This document shows, one piece after another, positions 1-13,740 of a stretch of 64,000 nucleotides of DNA (position 1 is its first letter; every line of letters begins with the position of its first letter). This DNA comes from Eledone cirrhosa (Eukaryota): the NCBI GenBank assembly GCA_964016885.1, contig OZ024743.1, positions 106,764,001 through 106,828,000 of the forward strand, given 5' to 3'. Made by a program: the position numbers and the translations under genes. Under the pieces are notes generated by a model. The model was not told where the DNA came from. It worked only from the letters and a program-made list of their open reading frames with translations, and searched no databases.

Positions 1-800
1 GCTGATACTTCCCTTTCTCCTGAACACCTCGACTACGTTCGTTCTTGTTTCCACCTTTCATCTAAAGCTTCAACTTCTCCACCTGTCTCTAGCTCTTCTG
101 TTCAATTTCTAGATTTATATATGTCTATTGCCCATACTCACCAAACACTCTCTACATCTATCTCCTATAAGCCCACTGATTCCCACTCCTACCTCAACTT
201 CATCTATTCCCATACCACCCACAGCCAACTATCAATACCTTAATCCCAATTCTTCCCTCTTCGTCAGCTCTGCAGCCAGGATCACTATTTCGAGACACAG
301 TCCATTCACATGGCCTCCTGCTTCATTCAACGTGGATATCCTCCACCCCACTCTGATCCAAGCAGTCCTCACACGCGCCCGTGAATAGGACCCTATCACA
401 GACTTCTCACCCAATCACAGCCCTTTCAAAATCCACCTTCCCTTCCTCCTCACCTACCACCCCATCGTCCTACTTCTCCGGCGACATATCCTCCTTTGTT
501 TCCGCACCCTCATTTCTGACCCTGTCACTCGCTCTTTTTTCAAACACACCTATCACCACCTTCAAGCGCTCCGGTAATCTCCGTGACCTCCTGGTACGTA
601 TTTCTTTCTCAGCCTATCCTAGGACCCCACCCGTCTCCCGTCCCTCTTCTAGTGCCCATCGTATCACCTGTTTCTTCATTTTAACCTCACCATTCTTGCA
701 ATACGCAGTATCTCCATTTATCCACCTGCAAATCCATCAACTTTGTCTAAGCCCTCCGTCCCGGAAACCACGATTCTGTAGATGCCTCAGTATTGGTGTT
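1..800 (+). pseudogene. Degenerate Penelope-like element, RT thumb/C-terminal region (5' part outside window)
   Basis: Frame 1 from 100 reads VQFLDLYMSI...SISYKPTDSHSYLNF...SIP*SQFFPLRQLCSQDHYFETQSIHMASCFIQRGYP, and FKRSGNLRDLLVR occurs near 561. These match PLE motifs FLD / YRKPTD..SYL / IPYSQFLRLRRICS / RGYP / F.R..NLRD.LVR. Stops and frameshifts are present. Confidence 0.85.
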
Positions 801-1623
801 CTTTTACACCTCAGGGAACAGGCCTCATACACCAAGACTGGTAGAGTCTGATTTTCCACATTGGGTCCAGTTTCTCCAATGGACACAACTCCACCTCCCA
901 ATTTCTTAAATATTACACACATATGCTCATGCTTACTTCTGTACTCCATTCCACTGTTGCATTTACCGTTCCGTTATTACATGCGCAGATACATTCACTC
1001 CCTAGGTACCTACAGCTCTGTTATGGCCGGAAACACATACGCTTACAGCTTATATAGACAAGCATAAATCACACACACCGCTATATTTACCTTAACAGCT
1101 CTGTACACACACACACTCACACACATACACACACACACATACAGACAGACACACATACACAAAGACACACACACGCACACACATACATTAGCTTGCAGCT
1201 TCCTACTTAAAAATACCTCACACATGTACACACATACACACATATACAGCCACACGTATTCGTACGTGCATACGTATAGGCCTCTATAGACAATGTGTTC
1301 TTCCATTTCTAATAGACGCGCTCGATCACTACCTGTTAAAACAAATATATAATACACAAAACGACAGCACCGATAATTTTCCTAGAGATGGCAACATGAA
1401 TTGTCCAGCTATTTTTCTCTAAGAAATTTTGTTTCCTTTTCCGCACTGTCCGTCTCCTCAATCTTTCTATTTCTTCTTTAATTTCTCATTCTATTTTATT
1501 ATGAAGGACTATGAAGGACTCGCGTCCGAAAGATTAAGACGCCTTTCTATTATCAAGCCGTAAAACTAACAATATATTCCTTCGTTATACTATACAGTTA
1601 TTTTGTAATTTATATTGGCCTTT

Positions 1624-1689
<66 letters not shown>

Positions 1690-1806
1690 CACGCACACAC
1701 ACACACGCACACACACACGCACGCACATACGTGCGCATACAAACTCACACACACACACACACACACACACAGATATATATATGTATATATATATAAATGT
1801 AATGAT

Positions 1807-2180
1807 TGATCAGTCAGATCTGCATATTAGCAGATCCACTGATCAGCCAGATTTGCCTATCAGCAGACTGACCAATCAGGTTCCTGTATACGAGCGATAA
1901 ATGGCCGGCTTTGCCAAATTCAAATAAAAAAGAAAAAGTTTGCTCTACATGGCTGAATACAATAAATGTAATCTCAGTTTTTCGAATATTAATAATAACA
2001 TTCGACTCGTTCTCAATTTTATATCCATGTCTAGCCATGCAGATCGAACATTTTCATTTTTATTTGAATTTGGCAAAACCGACCATTTATCGCTCGTATA
2101 CAGGAAACTGAATGGCCAGTCTGCTGATAGGCAAATCTGGCTGATCAGTGGATCTGCTAATATGCAGATCTGACTGATCA
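1807..2180. repeat. Imperfect inverted repeat (fold-back/MITE-like), ~148-bp arms and ~78-bp spacer
   Basis: 1807-1954 (tgatcagtcagatctgcatattagcagatcc...) is the reverse complement of 2032-2180. The ORF track shows near-identical peptides on opposite strands. Confidence 0.85.
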
Positions 2181-3420
2181 CCCAGTCTACTAATATGCAA
2201 ATCAGGCCGATTAGTCACTGTGCATTTTTGAAAATAGCATATATATTCACTAGCCCTGACAGTTTGGCAGGTGAACAGTGAGCTGTACTGATGAAGGGTG
2301 ATAACCAGAAACATTTGCGTCTGCAGTTCTGTTCACATGCCAACACAAGAGCAAGAATGACGCGTTCATGCTACTGACATGGCTTTGAAAATGAGGGTTA
2401 TTTGCATAATTGCAAACAAAGGGAGTGCTAAGCTCTGAGGAATACCAACAGTATGAAACAAATATCTGTCAGCTTATCTCCCTTTGTTTATTGATAAAAG
2501 TAGTAGCGTCACTCTCTCTGTCGCTCTTCCCTCTCTCTACAACAGATTATTCCCCCTCTCTATAATTTAACTGCTTTACTCTCTTCATGCTTTGAGGTTT
2601 AACACACCTCCTTATGGTTTCTTAGCTTCACTCTCTCCGTCGCTCGTCCCTCTCTCTATAATAGATCATTCCCCCTCTTCGTTCAAGAACGCGAAATAAA
2701 CTTTGATAACTAAGCAACACATCATGTTATACAACAAACATAGTCATAATGACGCTTATACATCAAATAACAAAACTTAAAAAGCCGATAACTCTAAATA
2801 CATATTCCTCTCTCAACGTTACATTCTACATCAAATAACCAATATTTAAAAGCAACAGATGAATTTATAAAACAACAAACGTAATCATAACGACGCTCAA
2901 GCATTCATTTACTTGAATCTCAACAAAGACATTATATTTTATTGTTGTCCTTTTTGTAATTTTCTTCTTTGTTTTTCGCAACATGAGACAAAAAAATAAT
3001 GAGAAAACTTTTTTCAGGAACGTCCGATTTCAATGATTTTTTTTCCAGTGTGCTCCAAAATATCGCCCATGTATACGCTCTTTTGTGCTATCGCTTAGAC
3101 GGGCTTGGATTACAGGTTTGACCTAGTATTTGACGTGCATTCTTCATACAACTTACTTAATACTCACTTTCCACTTATTCACTGTTCAATTGAAATTTTT
3201 CGCTACTCCCCCTTGACACCCATCGGCATCAGGGCCGCCATCTTGCAACTTTGGTCTGCTAAATTCGCTATTGGAAGATTATTAACCCATCATTGATTGT
3301 CCAAAATGCTAATTGGTTCCTAACTTTTAATAACCTGTTCAACTGCTTTATGCACTTAATTGATAAGCTTATCGCTTTCAAGCGACGTTTACCTGCATGT
3401 AACTTTTCATAGCAAATGAA

Positions 3421-3452
3421 CAAACCCGAGCAACGCCGGGCTAAACTGCTAG
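3421..3452 (+). mobile_element. Helitron 3' terminus (5' end not located)
   Basis: GC hairpin cccgagcaacgccggg, 8 nt, then CTAG|T. The same hairpin occurs at 20617. Confidence 0.7.
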
Positions 3453-3884
3453 TATATATATATATATTTACTGTATATGTCTATGAATGTCTGTCCGAAT
3501 GTATGTATCAGCTTGTAGGTCTGTGTGTTTGTGTGTGTGTGTGTAAATACTATATCTCAAGGAATTGCTGAAGCGTATTAGTCGAGAAATCTGGAAACGA
3601 ATGCTCTATAAAGGATGAACGTATGTTATAGAATTATATATAATCAATTGTATATCTCCGGGCGAAACTTGTAGGGACCTACTAATTTACATTTCAGTGA
3701 TATGGAAGCAACGACGCTTTTTTCTCCACGTGCGGTATAAATAATATAAAATTGCAAGCAAACTAAAATAAACATATATTCGTGGAGGTACACTTCTATA
3801 TTATTAGACATATAGTGCTGTCTAAGTGCTGCCCCTTGTAAGAAAATCTAATCTTTCATATCTTATATATTTAAAGGGTGCTGT

Positions 3885-4078
3885 ATTGGCAGTTGGACAA
3901 ATGCTTCGCGTTATTTATCCCAAATCTTTACGCTTTGTGTTCAAATACAGCCGAATTTAGCTTTGCTATTCACTTTACAAAGTCGATAAAATGAAGAAGC
4001 AGTAACGCATTGATATCGACATAATCGGCTTTCCCGTTCCCTTGATATTGATGGCCTGGTTCTAAAATTAGAATCAAC
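3885..4078 (+). mobile_element. Degenerate tRNA-derived SINE
   Basis: B-box-like gtgttcaaatac followed by ctttgctattcac...gtcgataaaatgaag. Decayed copy of the family seen at 46 and 57 kb. Confidence 0.6.
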
Positions 4079-5313
4079 TATTTTATATATCTATAACATC
4101 AAATATTTGTATTTATTTGCGGGTGTGTCTCTGTCGAGTCTAAAGATGACAGTTCTGCTTGATTCAAATTGCTCGTGAAATTTACGTGTAAATAAGCAAG
4201 TATTCCAGAGGCACGTCTTCCTCTAACGTAGCTCTTACAGAGGTTTAACCGGACACTGGCTATAACAACTGTTTCCCTTTGAATAACTGGCACAATATAT
4301 TTTTGCTAGCTGAGGGACAGGATCAAAATGGCTTCACCATCGTGATCAGAGCTTTCAAACCACCTATCCACGCGCCTTTTCCTCTACTTTTGTAAATATA
4401 TGAAATCGTACATACGGATGTCCTATTACATGTACGTGTCAATGTTGCTTATAACTAAAGCCGAAAATGTACCACAAATCTAAAGTATGATTATCTCCCT
4501 TCATTCACCTGTCTATATATATTTATCAACTTAACGCATGGTCTGTCATCACAGTGATATTGTGGTAAAAACCGAATCTGTATAAAACAAGGATACTCAT
4601 CGATTTTCAGACCCAAGAAATAATGCTATTTTAAAAATTATATAAACGGTTTTACTAGCAATTCTTTTTTTTTCTTTAACCAAAACAACCCACCACCAAT
4701 TTCCTTGGATAATGTTTTCATCAAACATATTTTTAACACCGGATTACGAGGCTTCAACAGTTTACAAATTTTACACCACATCCTGCATAATATGAGTTAA
4801 TATGTATTTCAGAATTCACAATCGAAATTTGCGTAGGCATTAAGCTGAAATCTCGCAACGAGACAAACCATTTGTTATTGCAGCCACCACGAAATATGCT
4901 ATGCAACATTAAAAAGCACAAAACTTAAATATTAAAAGAATAGAATAAACAAATACAAAGTTGTTCGAAGCATAGCATTTATAATATTTTATAGTTGTGT
5001 CGCATCCTTTGCTTTTTTTATGGATATACTTATATTGCGGTAAGTACAGAGCATATGAGAAATATTAACACATACGAACATGATATCACTTAAATAATAA
5101 AATTAGAATATCGAATTGGAAATGACAAGAACATAGAACTAATGTAATTTTCACCGAGGAAATGAAAATAAACGAAATATAACAAAAAGAAAGACTATGA
5201 TAGAATTATATGTCAGACTAACTTAAGTGAAACACCAAGCAGTACAATATTACGAGTAGTAAATCAAATAAAGAACGTTAACAACATAAGAGCTTTCTGT
5301 CAATTACTAATTG

Positions 5314-5702
<389 letters not shown>

Positions 5703-5980
5703 TGGAGAGGGAGCGAGTCAGAAAAGAAAAGTTACATATGTATACGAATACTGCTATATAATAATATATTCTTAAGTGTAAGTATATATGAAAAGTAAGA
5801 TATGTGCACATTAAAATATTCCTCCGTGCTTCTGTGAATATGTGAGTGTCTGTAGACTTGTGTGTTCTGTGAATATACATTTTCAATAGCTGATGACTGC
5901 AGTCTTACGGGAAGCCACCTGTATGTACTGTGAATGCTCACTCTTTCTGAATATATATATTATATATTCAGAAAGAGAAA

Positions 5981-6027
<47 letters not shown>

Positions 6028-6288
6028 GGAAAAAATGAAACGAAATTTCATTTCCCACTCTTAGTACGGCTGCTACTTAAATATAAGTATGTACACGTAC
6101 ATACATATATGTATACACACGTACAGTAGTATGTATATATATATACATACATGCACACATATATATATGGACGTATGGATTCACCGAACATTTATTATAA
6201 TGCTCGGTGTGTTTGTAAACAAAGATCCCGTATTAAGCCGTAGTGTCCAGCAACCATCGTTGCTCGTTTGTTCAACAGTGACAAAGGA

Positions 6289-6331
6289 ACGCTGTACTAG
6301 TTTCAAGCTTATTAGCTATCGTCAGCAACGT
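6289..6331 (-). ncRNA. Type I hammerhead ribozyme
   Basis: Minus strand: acgttg CTGACGA tagct-aata-agctt GAAA ctag TA cagcgt. Stem I acgttg/cagcgt, palindromic minimal stem III, GUA cleavage triplet. Confidence 0.85.
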
Positions 6332-6778
6332 ATATCTTCCTGCTAGATTGTTGAACGTATATACATACCTTATGCATATTAACGGCTGAGTAGCCCAATT
6401 TGCATATCGAGTGGGTTAATCGGCCAGGTGCACCGAAAACGATAAACGAAAAAAATGAAACGAAATTTCATTTCCCACTTTTAGTACGGCTGTTACTTAA
6501 ATATAAGTATGTACACGTACATACATATGTGTGTGCATGTATGTATATATATATACATACTACTGTACGTCAGTATACATATATGGATGTACGTGTACAT
6601 ACTTATATTTAAGTAACAGCCATACTAAGAGTCGGAAATAAAATTTCGTTTCATTTTTTCCTTTCATCGTTTTCGGTGCACCCGGCCGATTAACCCACTC
6701 GATATGCAAATTGGGCTACTCAAGCCGTTAATATGCATAAGGTATGTATATACGTTCAACAATCTGGCAGGAAGGTAT

Positions 6779-6821
6779 ACGTTGCTGACGATAGCTAATA
6801 AGCTTGAAACTAGTACAGCGT
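6779..6821 (+). ncRNA. Type I hammerhead ribozyme
   Basis: acgttg CTGACGA tagctaataagctt GAAA ctag TA cagcgt. Confidence 0.85.
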
Positions 6822-7022
6822 TCCTCTGTCAGTGTTGAACAAACGAGCAACGATGGTTGCTGGACACTACGGCTTAATACGGGATGTTTGTTTACAAACA
6901 CACTGAGCATTATAATAAATGTTCGGTGAATCTATACGTACACATATATATGTGTGCATGTATGTATATATATATACATACTACTGTACGTCTGTATACA
7001 TATATGTATGTACGTGTACATA

Positions 7023-7093
<71 letters not shown>

Positions 7094-7175
7094 GTTATTC
7101 CGGGTTGAATCGGAGGTAACCACAGTAAGTAAGGTACTCAATACATTGCAGAGTATAAAGGTTTTAATATAGATG

Positions 7176-7226
7176 AGATTCTACAGGACTAGAACTGTTT
7201 CATTCTTTAGAAATCATCAGGAATCT
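7176..7226 (-). ncRNA. Type I hammerhead ribozyme in PLE pseudo-LTR
   Basis: Minus strand: agattc CTGATGA tttc-taaa-gaat GAAA cag-ttctagtc-ctg TA gaatct. Stem I is a perfect 6 bp and stem III is 3 bp. Confidence 0.85.
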
Positions 7227-7882
7227 GGGTATCAAAAAATAAGTATGGTATTTATACAAGTGGTAGGAGAGGGTGGCGAGTGGGATGGGTGTAGGTCATT
7301 GGTTGATAGAAAAGGGAATTCATTAAAAGCTAATTCTACAAAGCTATAGTTTATTTTAATTTTAATTTTTATTTATTTTTGTTTTTAGAGTAACAAAGGC
7401 AGACAGAATTCTATAAACAGGTTCAGGATGGCATGCCATTCCTTATTATTAAGTTTCTCTTAAGCTAACAGGTGTCTATAAGATCAGTGGGCGGGGGGTC
7501 ACTCATGGTAGATAGATTTAAAGGAAAGGGAGATTCTTTAATAGCTAAAATCAATAAGGTTCTACTAAGTGACAAATGCTTAGAGAATTATGTAGACAAA
7601 TTCAGAATATTAAGTGCATATCTTACAATTATCCTCAAATTACTCTTAAACTATTCAACTATATGCCAAAAAACAACAGACACATTCACAAGACACACTC
7701 ACTAACACACTCGCGCGCACCAATAAACACACATACACAGACACACATATACACAGACACATATAAATATATTTATATATATAAATATACACATACATAC
7801 ATACACATACATACACACACACACATACACACATATGTACACATATATATATGTGTATATATATATGTGTATATATGTGTAT

Positions 7883-7932
<50 letters not shown>

Positions 7933-7967
7933 ATACACATATATACACATATATATATACACACATG

Positions 7968-8039
<72 letters not shown>

Positions 8040-8148
8040 TATATACACACATATATATATATATATATACATATACACACATACATACATAAAAACATAT
8101 ATACACATACACATACACACACACACACATACATATACATATATACAC

Positions 8149-8227
<79 letters not shown>

Positions 8228-8414
8228 TATAGACCTATATAAGGAAAAAATGAACGGGAACAAAACAGAGGGGCAGAACAAACAAATGTTTATTGATTTC
8301 ACGCTCTTGAGAGTGGGGTCACACATACACACACATATATATATATATATATACACACACATACACATACACCATACATACATATATTCATACATATATA
8401 TATATACACACATA

Positions 8415-8468
<54 letters not shown>

Positions 8469-8651
8469 TATACACATACATACACATACACATATATATA
8501 CAAATATACATACATACATACATACATACATACATACATACATACATACATACATACATAAATACATACATATACATATACACACACAAAAATACTAACA
8601 TATATACATATATATACACACATATACACATACATACACATACACAAACAT

Positions 8652-8738
<87 letters not shown>

Positions 8739-8745
8739 CACATAC

Positions 8746-8790
<45 letters not shown>

Positions 8791-8811
8791 CATATACATA
8801 TACATACATAG

Positions 8812-8847
<36 letters not shown>

Positions 8848-8943
8848 CCGCACATATATATACATATATACACATACACATATACACATATATATATATA
8901 TATATACACATATATATATATATGTATACATATACATACACAT

Positions 8944-8976
<33 letters not shown>

Positions 8977-9026
8977 TATACATATATACATAAAATATGT
9001 ACACACACACACACATACGTACATAC

Positions 9027-9069
<43 letters not shown>

Positions 9070-9138
9070 TACATATACACACACATATACATACATACAT
9101 ATACACACACACATACACATACACACATATATACACAG

Positions 9139-9217
<79 letters not shown>

Positions 9218-9475
9218 CATACATACATATACATACATACACATACACACATACATATATATCCATATATATATATATACATATACTTACACATACATAT
9301 ATACACACATATATATATATATACATATATACATATACATATACACACATACACATATACATATACATATATATACACACATACACACACATTCACCCAT
9401 ATACACATGTGCACACACACACATACATACACATACATACATACATATACATACATACACATACACACATATATT

Positions 9476-9527
<52 letters not shown>

Positions 9528-9908
9528 CATACACATACATATATATACACATATATATATATACATATATACATATACATATACACACATACACACATAC
9601 ATATACATATATATGCACACATACACACACATACACCCATATACAAATGTGCACACACACACATACATACACATACATATACATACACATACATATACAC
9701 ACATACACACACACACATATATACACATACAAATAAATAAGTACTCATAAATATACGCATATACGCAGGTACATAAAAACACCTCTACAGGCAGAAAATG
9801 TAGATAGCTAAGAGGTACTCACATAACCATAGTGGCCGTATTTCACGTTGAGGAGGGGTGGGGGTAGGGTGGGAAGGAGGTATAGGGGCCAATAGGAGGA
9901 GGTCATTT

Positions 9909-10622
9909 TTAGCCATCGGGCTTTAACACTGGCTTAAAGTGTTTGAAAGTTGCAAAGTTCTTGTGCATGCAGTTCGGGCAGTGTTCAGAGAGTTTGTTCA
10001 GTAGCGGGCCCTTGGCGTATAAAATTTCGTAGCTCTCTGAAATACAAAGGTCGCAGCCCTTGTGTCCTCCGTTGTAAGAGCGCGCTTTCTGGAGTATTTT
10101 CCATTTAAGCGTGAAGGGGGTGTAGTTCCTTTTGAGGTCCCAAACATATGAGGCGAGTGTTGTCTGGTTTGATTTGTCCGGTCTTCTGAAGCAGTGGGTA
10201 TGGGCATACCAACGGGTCTTAAAGTTGTTGGAGGTCATGCCGATGTAAGTTTTTTTGCAATCATCGGTGCCTGAGATGACATCGCATTTGTATACGATAT
10301 CATTTGTGAGGCATTTGTTTTCAAGTGGGCACGCCTCCTTATTTAGGCAATTACACAGAGCCCCAGTCCGGGGATTGGGTTCGGAGGTGGTTGGCTTATT
10401 TAATTTTTTAGAATTGTAGTTGGCTATATTCTTAGCTAGGTTAGGTGTGGTGGAGTAGGAGAGTCTTATTGTGTTCTTATTAAAGATGGTGTGGTACCTG
10501 TGTTGTATGGGGAAGTGTAATTTCAGCAAAGTGAAGAAAATCCTAGCTATCGGAGTAGAGACCTCTCTATTGAAGGGAGGGTTGTACCAGCTAATCTGCC
10601 TATGTCTATTCCTCCTCTGCAA
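9909..10622 (-). pseudogene. PLE C-terminal linker, Zn-knuckle and GIY-YIG endonuclease (Naiad type)
   Basis: ISWYNPPF, CNCLNKEACPLENKCL, IVYKC..., TYIGMT..FKTRW..H, CDLCISE...LLNKLSE. Frameshifted relative to the upstream RT near 10630. Confidence 0.9.
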
Positions 10623-11129
10623 CTTGCGGTGGTTTCTAGGTATGTTATCTTTTCTTTAAATCCGCTACGGGCGAGGGCTTCATTGTAGTAGGAGGCAGAT
10701 GCGTTAAAAATATCTTTGTTGGCGGAGAGGCCGGATATTCTCATAGAGACGCCTTTTACTAGGTTATCAGTGATGTTTTGGGGGTGGTTTGAATTAACAT
10801 TAATATATTTAAGGGACTCGTTAGGTTTGTGGTACGGGTAATAGAGGGAAGTATCTAGGTCGAGAGTGACATCTAAGAAGTTGGCCCTAGTCAAATTAGA
10901 TTCTATAGTTATACTAAATCCTAGATTAGAGAAGAATGAGCTTAAGTTTTTCCGAAAGCCATCGGTGGTTCTGGGGCTAACCTTATGCAGGGCGAAGAGG
11001 CCGTCGTCTCGGTATAAGCCTCCCGTTAGGCCGGTAAAGAGGTTCTTCATTTGATGTAGGATGTACAGGCCCACAAGGTCGCTAATTTCAGCCGAGTCAC
11101 TCGCTCCCATGCTAACGTCATATGGGGTC
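10547..11129 (-). pseudogene. PLE reverse transcriptase, C-terminal half (5'-truncated at the inversion junction)
   Basis: MGASDSAEISDLVGLYIL, GGLYRDDGL (YRDD catalytic motif typical of Naiad), NFLDVTLDL, YINVNSNHP. Confidence 0.9.
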
Positions 11130-11224
11130 TGAGTACCTTACTTACTGTGGTTACCTCCGATTCAACCCGGAATAACGTACCTTTTAGCACTCTCTGTGCC
11201 CCTTATAACCATCATCAAGAAACC

Positions 11225-11749
11225 ATGCTGACCAAACTCGACCTTGATGTTTCCATGAAGAACATCCCTATCCCTCCAAGGAAACTATACTTAAAAACAC
11301 TCATCAGACGTACCGACGAGTTCATCAAGCGAATTAGATGGAGGGCCTTCTTCCTCGACAACCCTGATGTAGCATCTACCAATGATGAGAAGTTCGGCTT
11401 CAAAACGAATAAGACACCACACACCAACAGCCTACTCCAACCATTTGAAGAAGACCTCTTCAAGATGATCAAAGATATTAAATTCCGTAGAGCCACCACA
11501 CCATTCCAGGCCTACTTAAATGCCGAATTGCGGAATATAAAAAAATCCCCTAATCTTTATGTCTCCTCCGATAAAACCAAAAACGTTTATGAGGTAGACC
11601 CACAGACCTACAATAAGCTGGCAAAAAATACCATCACGACCACCTACAAAAAAGTAATAGAGATGGCACTGACTGAGACAAACGCGACCGGAAAAGAAAT
11701 CGCCAAGTCCCTTAAATTACACGACCGCAAGATTGCAGAGGAGGAATAG
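11225..11749 (+). pseudogene. PLE ORF N-terminal domain (Naiad type), RT deleted downstream
   Basis: MLTKLDLDVSMKNIPIPP...FIKRIRWRAFF...FGFKT...PFEEDL...SDKTKNVY. It joins out of frame to the linker at ~11730. Confidence 0.85.
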
Positions 11750-12446
11750 ACATAGGCAGATTAGCTGGTACAACCCTCCCTTCAATAGAGAGGTCTCTAC
11801 TCCGATAGCTAGGATTTTCTTCACTTTGCTGAAATTACACTTCCCCATACAACACAGGTACCACACCATCTTTAATAAGAACACAATAAGACTCTCCTAC
11901 TCCACCACACCTAACCTAGCTAAGAATATAGCCAACCACAATTCTAAAAAATTAAATAAGCCAACCACCTCCGAACCCAATCCCCGGACTGGGGCTCTGT
12001 GTAATTGCCTAAATAAGGAGGCGTGCCCACTTGAAAACAAATGCCTCACAAATGATATCGTATACAAATGCGATGTCATCTCAGGCACCGATGATTGCAA
12101 AAAAACTTACATCGGCATGACCTCCAACAACTTTAAGACCCGTTGGTATCCCCATACCCACTCCTTCAGAAGACCGGACAAATCAAACCAGACAACACTC
12201 GCCTCCTATGTTTGGGACCTCAAAAGGAACTACACCCCCTTCACGCTTAAATGGAAAATACTCCAGAAAGCGCGCTCTTACAACGGAGGACACAAGGGCT
12301 GCGAACTTTGTATTTCAGAGAGCTACGAAATTTTATTCGCCAAGGGCCCGCTACTGAACAAACTCTCTGAACACTGCTCGAACTGCATGCACAAGAACTT
12401 TGCAACTTTCAAACACTTTAAGCCAGTGTTAAAGCCCGATGGCTAA
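11733..12446 (+). pseudogene. PLE Zn-knuckle and GIY-YIG endonuclease (second arm)
   Basis: Near-identical to 9909-10622, with a few substitutions (WYAH/WYPH, HCF/HSF, CDL/CEL). Confidence 0.9.
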
Positions 12447-12832
12447 AAATGACCTCCTCCTATTGGCCCCTATACCTCCTTCCCACCCTACCCCCACTCC
12501 TCCTCAACCTGAAATACGGCCACTATGGTTATGTGAGTACCTCTTAGCTATCTACATTTTCTGCCTGTAGAGGTGTTTTTATGTGCCTGCGTATATGCGT
12601 ATATTTATTGAATACTTATTTATTTGTATGTGTATATATGTGTGTGTGTGTGTATGTGTGTATATGTATGTGTATGTATATGTATGTGTATGTATGTGTG
12701 TGTGTGTGCACATTTGTATATGGGTGTATAGGTGTGTATGTGTGTATATATATGTATATGTATGTGTGTATGTGTGTATATGTATATATGTATATATGTA
12801 TATATATATGTGTGTATATATGTATGTGTATG

Positions 12833-12885
<53 letters not shown>

Positions 12886-12906
12886 ATGTATATGTATGTA
12901 TGTATG

Positions 12907-12975
<69 letters not shown>

Positions 12976-13240
12976 GTGTATGTGTGTGTGTGTGTGTATA
13001 TGTATGTATGTATATGGGTGTGTATATGTATGTATATGTATATATATATATATATGTATGTATGTATGTACGTATGTGTCTGTGTGTACATATGTATGTA
13101 TATATGTATATGTGTGTGTGTATGTGTATGTATGTGTATGTATGTGTATGTATATGTATACATATATATATATATGTGTATATATATATATATGTATATG
13201 TATATGTGTATGTGTATATATGTATATATATGTGTGGATG

Positions 13241-13285
<45 letters not shown>

Positions 13286-13300
13286 ATGTATATGTATATG

Positions 13301-13371
<71 letters not shown>

Positions 13372-13424
13372 GTATGTGTGTATGTGTATGTGTGTGTATG
13401 TGTATATGTATGTATGTATGTGTA

Positions 13425-13469
<45 letters not shown>

Positions 13470-13640
13470 ATGTATGTGTACGTATATATATATCTATATA
13501 TATATATATGTGTATGTATGTGTATGTGTGTGTATATGTGTGTATATGTGTGTATATATATGTATATATATATGTATTTTTGTGTGTGTATATGTATATG
13601 TATATATGTATGTATATATGTATGTATGTATGTATGTATG

Positions 13641-13669
13641 TTCTTTTTTTGTTTTTTTTTTTCAACTGC

Positions 13670-13740
<71 letters not shown>

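Larger units (their letters stand above)
6024..7027. mobile_element. Non-coding ~420-bp hammerhead-bearing unit, ~1.2 copies per arm, head-to-head fold-back in (TA)n
   Basis: The unit start aaacg(g/a)aaaaaatgaaacgaaatttcatttcccac recurs at 6024 and 6444. The apex is near 6527 and the right arm is the reverse complement. Both ends abut (TA)n. A second copy lies at 32561-33305. Confidence 0.85.

Noticed and set aside
1499-1542. Hammerhead-like ggac-tcgc-gtcc GAAA downstream of the first PLE
   Set aside because: The core reads tatgaa rather than CTGANGA and stems I/III do not pair. At best it is a dead relic.
9909-12446. Possible selenocysteine (in-frame TGA) in Naiad Zn-knuckle/GIY-YIG, as reported for some Naiads
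   Set aside because: The conserved Cys positions are ordinary Cys codons in both arms, and also in the part of the 51.5-51.9 kb copy that I translated.
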